A DNA stretch of 64,000 nucleotides, taken from NCBI GenBank assembly GCA_963810095.1, contig CAWEMM010000012.1:160001-224000 (forward strand), read 5' to 3'. Numbering within the stretch: the stretch's first letter is position 1; the number at the start of each line of letters is the position of its first letter. This DNA comes from an uncultured Chloroflexia bacterium. GTDB lineage: Bacteria > Chloroflexota > Anaerolineae > CG2-30-64-16. The notes beneath the pieces are model-generated. The model did not search any database. It had not been told where the DNA came from and was given only the letters and a program-made list of their open reading frames with translations. Positions 60,178-64,000 of this stretch are shown piece by piece. Made by a program: the position numbers and the translations under genes.

Positions 60178-60756
60178 ATGGGACGAGCGTGGGTTTACGG
60201 CGATGACGTCAATACGGACGTGATCTTTCCGGGCAAGTACACCTATACGGTGAAAGACGAGACGGAGATGGCGCGGCACGCGCTGGAGGACCTCGACCCG
60301 ACTTTCGCCGGCGGAGTTCAGCCCGGCGACGTGATCGTCGCGGGCCGAAATTGGGGGTGTGGCAGCAGCCGTGAGCAGGCCGTGACGTGCTTGCGTTCTG
60401 CGGGAGTCCGTTTTATAATTGCGCAAAGTTTCGCAAGAATCTATTTCCGCAATGCCGTCAACAACGGCCTCCTCCCCATCGTCTGCCCGGAGGCGGTTGC
60501 GGCCATTCAGCCCGACGAGGCTGTGACCGTCGACCTGGTACGATGCGTGGTACGTTGCGCCAACGGCGCCTCTGCGGCGCAGGGATCTGCACCCCAGAGG
60601 GAGTTCCCTTTCTCTCCACTCTCCCCATCGGTCGCGGCCATTTTCCAGGCGGGCGGGCTTTTGCCCATGCTGCGGGCGCGCGTTTTGCCAGACGAGCGTG
60701 CTCTGCCAGGTGAGCGCGTCTTGCCGGACGCGCCCCTCTCGGAGGTTGCGAAATGA
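60178..60756 (+). CDS. lysU: Homoaconitase small subunit
   Basis: '[14 protein letters not shown]', 'GCGSSREQA', '[15 protein letters not shown]'. Confidence 0.87.
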   Translation: MGRAWVYGDDVNTDVIFPGKYTYTVKDETEMARHALEDLDPTFAGGVQPGDVIVAGRNWGCGSSREQAVTCLRSAGVRFIIAQSFARIYFRNAVNNGLLPIVCPEAVAAIQPDEAVTVDLVRCVVRCANGASAAQGSAPQREFPFSPLSPSVAAIFQAGGLLPMLRARVLPDERALPGERVLPDAPLSEVAK

Positions 60757-61865
60757 CTACGATTTGCTTGATTCCCGGTGATGGCGTCGGCCGAGAGGTT
60801 GTTCCTGCGGCCGCGCAAACGGTTGCTATCGTTCTGCCCGGCGTTCGCTTCGTAACGGCACAGGCCGGGTGGGATTGCTTCGTGCGCACCGGCAACGCGC
60901 TCCCGGAAGAAACCCGGCGCGTCGTGGGGGCAGCCGATGCGACCCTCTTCGGCGCCACACAGTCGCCCACCACCGGCGCCGGGAGCGCACGCGACGCGTT
61001 GAACGACGGCACGCCCGCCGTTTACCGCAGCCCCATCCTGGCCCTGCGCAAGACGTTCGACCTCTACGCAAACCTGCGGCCTGCCGCTCCGCTCGTCCCC
61101 AACGGCAAGCCCATCGACCTGCTCATCGTGCGTGAGAATACCGAGGGCCTGTACAGCGGCCGCGAACGGCGGGACGGCGACACGGCCATTGCCGAGCGGG
61201 TCATTACACGGCAGGCCAGCGAGCGCATCGCCCGGGTTGCGTTTGAGCAGGCCCGCCGGCGAGCCGCGCTCCGCTCGTGTGCCGGCCGCTGCGGCAAGGT
61301 CACCATCGTCCACAAGGCTAACGTGCTGAAGATCACCGACGGGCTGTTCCGTGAAAGCTGCCTGGCCGTGGCCCGCCAATACCCCGACGTCGAGGTCGAC
61401 GAGATGCTGGTGGATGCGGCCGCGATGTGGCTCGTGCGCGACCCCTCTCGCTTCGACGTGCTCGTGACCACGAACTTGTTCGGCGACATCCTCTCGGACC
61501 TGGCCGCCGGGCTCGTGGGCGGGTTGGGCATCGCGCCGTCGGCCAACGTAGGTGCGGGCAAGGCCGCGGTGTTCGAGCCGGTGCACGGCAGCGCGCCCGA
61601 CATCGTGGGGCGCGGCGTGGCCAACCCCATCGGCGCGATGCTGAGCGCGGCGATGATGCTCGAACACATCGGCCAGGGCAGCGCGGCCGGCGCCTTGCGC
61701 CAGGCCGTTCGCGCCACGGTCAAGGGCGGCCTGACCACGCCCGACCTTGGCGGCATGGCAACCACGAGCCAGGTCACCGCGGCCGTATGCGATATCCTGC
61801 GCGCGATGGCCGCGCGGGGCGAGATCGGGTACGGCCCGAGCCTGAGCCTGGAGCGGAGCGTTTAG
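60753..61865 (+). CDS. Homoisocitrate dehydrogenase
   Basis: 'IPGDGVG.EV', '[18 protein letters not shown]', 'RENTEG', 'HKANV', 'NLFGDILSD', '[10 protein letters not shown]'; operon context. Confidence 0.85.
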   Translation: MTTICLIPGDGVGREVVPAAAQTVAIVLPGVRFVTAQAGWDCFVRTGNALPEETRRVVGAADATLFGATQSPTTGAGSARDALNDGTPAVYRSPILALRKTFDLYANLRPAAPLVPNGKPIDLLIVRENTEGLYSGRERRDGDTAIAERVITRQASERIARVAFEQARRRAALRSCAGRCGKVTIVHKANVLKITDGLFRESCLAVARQYPDVEVDEMLVDAAAMWLVRDPSRFDVLVTTNLFGDILSDLAAGLVGGLGIAPSANVGAGKAAVFEPVHGSAPDIVGRGVANPIGAMLSAAMMLEHIGQGSAAGALRQAVRATVKGGLTTPDLGGMATTSQVTAAVCDILRAMAARGEIGYGPSLSLERSV

Positions 61866-62003
61866 TGACGGGTTTTTGAGGGCGGCCCCGCCGGACCACC
61901 CTCTGGCACGTAATCCCGGTGTTGGGATGCTGATCAGCGCGGATCTCCCAGCGGTCGACGGTGCGTCGTTCGTTCGCCTTTGACCAGAGAGCGAGGTTCC
62001 CCC

Positions 62004-63107
62004 ATGTCAGCGTCCATCGAAGACACCACTGCCAGCGGCCTGGCGCTGCTGCGCGACCTGCTGGCAGTCCGGTCCCCATCCGGCCAGGAAATGCCGGCGG
62101 TAAACCACCTCGTCAAGTGGCTCGGCGGCCATGGGTTCATGGCCCACCGCGACACTGCGGGCAACGCCATCGGGGTCCTTGAAGCACCCGGGGCCGGCCC
62201 TACCAAAGAACTCATCCTCCTCGGTCACATCGACACGGTGCGCGGCTTCCCCAAGGTAATCGAACGCGACGGCAAGCTCTACGGCCGTGGCGCGGTCGAT
62301 GCAAAGGGCCCGCTGGTCGCGTTCGCCACGGCGGCCGCCGTGCTCGGCCCACAGCCTGGTTGGCGTATCGTCGTTGCCGGCGCCGTGGAAGAGGAGAGCA
62401 CGACCTCGAAGGGCGCCCGCCACCTCGCCCAGCGCCGCAAGCCCGATCTGTGCATCATCGGCGAGCCGACCGGCTGGCAGCGGGTGGCGCTCGGCTACAA
62501 GGGCCGCCTGCTGGCCGACGTCGAATTTCAGCGCATGGTCTCCCATACCGCGGGGCCTGCCGCGGCCGCGCCCGAGCTGGCGTTCGGTTACTGGCGCTGT
62601 GTGCAGGACCTGGTGGACGAGCTGAACACGGGCCGCGAGCGCTCGTGGGAGCAGGTGCAGGCGTCCTTGCGCCACTTCACCTCGGGCGACGACGGCATGC
62701 TGCAGACCGCCGAGATCCGCATGGGCTTTCGCCTGCCGCTGAGCGTGGGGCCGGAAGTGATGAAACGGCTGTTGGTCAGCGCCGACGGCATCGGCACCTT
62801 CCGCTTCAGCGGGGAGGAAGCCGCCTACCGGGCAGAGAAGAACACACCCCTCGTGCGAGCGTTCGTCTCGGCCGTGCGCGCCTACGGCGGCGAGCCCAGT
62901 TTCCTCAACAAGACGGGCACGAGCGACATGAACGTCGTCGGCCCGGCCTGGGGCTGCCCCATCCTGGCTTACGGGCCGGGCGACAGCAGCCTGGACCACA
63001 CGCCCGAGGAACACGTGGAGATCGAGGAGTGGGTCCGCGGCGTGGCGGTGCTGGTCGACGCGCTGCGGAGGCTGACAGGCAGCCCGGTGGGAAGCCAGCA
63101 AGACTGA
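62004..63107 (+). CDS. lysK: LysW-lysine hydrolase LysK (M20 peptidase family)
   Basis: 'LLGHIDTV', 'GRGAVDAKGP', 'EEE', 'GEP', 'GYKG', 'KTGTSDMN', 'YGPGDSSLDHTP.E'. Confidence 0.93.
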   Translation: MSASIEDTTASGLALLRDLLAVRSPSGQEMPAVNHLVKWLGGHGFMAHRDTAGNAIGVLEAPGAGPTKELILLGHIDTVRGFPKVIERDGKLYGRGAVDAKGPLVAFATAAAVLGPQPGWRIVVAGAVEEESTTSKGARHLAQRRKPDLCIIGEPTGWQRVALGYKGRLLADVEFQRMVSHTAGPAAAAPELAFGYWRCVQDLVDELNTGRERSWEQVQASLRHFTSGDDGMLQTAEIRMGFRLPLSVGPEVMKRLLVSADGIGTFRFSGEEAAYRAEKNTPLVRAFVSAVRAYGGEPSFLNKTGTSDMNVVGPAWGCPILAYGPGDSSLDHTPEEHVEIEEWVRGVAVLVDALRRLTGSPVGSQQD

Positions 63108-63337
63108 CAACTAAGGCGGCCGACAGCGGGCTCCACCAGATCTGAAGCGCACGCCGCGGCCGTCGAAGTCCCAAATTAAGGCGATAGCGCAGGCACCCTT
63201 CGACTGGATGCTGCGCCGTTCCGGCGGCCGCGCCGGCATTTCGAATTGCTGCCGCGGCCGCCGGTCCGGAGCAACAATGTCGCCGGCGTGGTATACTTCC
63301 CCCACAAGCATTCATTGCAGCAGGACGAGACGAACTT

Positions 63338-64000
63338 GTGGCCGGAACCTACGCCTACACACCCGCAATCTGGCTGCCCCTTACCGGCGCCGCGCTCGTC
63401 GCCGTGCTGCTCGTGTACTGCTGGCAGCGCCGACAGATGCCAGCGGTCAGGCCGCTCCTCTACGCGTTCGCCTTAACGATCATCTGCCTGCTCGCGGCAG
63501 CTCTGGCAGCCGCGGCAACGAATCCGACAGCCAAGCTCGACTGGTTCCGCGTCAGGCAGGCCTTCCTGGTGCCGGCCGCGACCGCGGGCACCTGCTTCGT
63601 CCTCGAATATGCCTGGCCCGGCCGCTGGCTGACCCGCCGCAACCTTGCGCTGCTCGGCCTCCCGGCGCTATTGGCGGTCCTGCTGACCGTCGTGAACGAC
63701 GCGTGGTTCATGGCGCCCACGCTCGTCAGCGGTCCAGCCGGCCAGGTGCAGTACGTGACGGGCGCAGGAGTAGTCATCTTTACCGCCTATTTCGTCTTGC
63801 TGAGTTCGATCAACCTCGCCGCGTTGCTCTGGTTGTTCGTTCGCTCGCCTCAGCACCGCGGACCTGTAGCCGTGATGCTGCTGGGACAGGTCCTCAGCCG
63901 CACGCTGTTTCTTGTCGACATCGTCAATCAACCGTGGGCGCCCTTTTTCGATCCGCTGGTCGCAGGCATTCTCATCAGCTGCTCGACCTATGCAGTGGCT
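63338..64000 (+). CDS. HisKA_7TM N-terminal domain protein, probably a sensor kinase; truncated by the window end (apparent frameshift near 63360)
   Basis: Read by eye: 'YAY..P.IWLPL...YCWQRRQMPAVRPLL...AGTCFVLEYAWPGRWLTRRNLALL'; TGGTATACT extended -10 near 63290. Confidence 0.6.
   Translation, partial: MAGTYAYTPAIWLPLTGAALVAVLLVYCWQRRQMPAVRPLLYAFALTIICLLAAALAAAATNPTAKLDWFRVRQAFLVPAATAGTCFVLEYAWPGRWLTRRNLALLGLPALLAVLLTVVNDAWFMAPTLVSGPAGQVQYVTGAGVVIFTAYFVLLSSINLAALLWLFVRSPQHRGPVAVMLLGQVLSRTLFLVDIVNQPWAPFFDPLVAGILISCSTYAVA

Noticed and set aside
58744-61865. Leucine biosynthesis leuC/leuD/leuB
   Set aside because: Paralogous folds, but the genes are embedded among hcs and lysWXYZJK and the dehydrogenase has an HICDH-like '[10 protein letters not shown]' segment.
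4410-63400. Programmed frameshifting or mass pseudogenisation
   Set aside because: No consistent slippery sites or premature stops; breaks hit housekeeping genes, which fits sequencing indels.

Overview
This is a high-GC bacterial chromosomal window, most consistent with a Chloroflexota (Anaerolineae/Caldilineae-like) genome; that assignment is inferred from gene content and style, not tested. From left to right it holds: a lipoprotein; an orphan GAF/HisKA_3 kinase; an Mta/TipA-type MerR regulator; a sugar-utilisation locus (LacI-sensor hybrid kinase-AraC regulator, ABC importer with an internally duplicated binding protein, UroD/MtaA-family gene); a DUF438/DUF1858/4Fe-4S cluster; an LmrA-like TetR with an NmrA-type gene; an envelope/translation cluster (murJ, rfaE-like, WecB/TagA, GT4, tsaC, Cof, prmC, prfA); gdhA; a C39-TPR protein; a second murJ followed by a ~425-bp nested-palindrome element; mscS; a P450; a long Ser/Thr/Gly-rich PRC-barrel protein; and an Ntn asparaginase. 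It ends with a three-gene cluster of one apparently active amidase and two glycoside-hydrolase/pseudo-amidase fusions, then a near-complete LysW-dependent alpha-aminoadipate lysine operon. The best candidate novelty is the leader of that operon: a consensus promoter followed by two tandem, mutually similar Lys/Arg-rich leader peptides, each with its own intrinsic terminator. About 19 apparent frameshifts, some in housekeeping genes, point to uncorrected sequencing indels. Intergenic regions are dense with several short palindromic repeat families.
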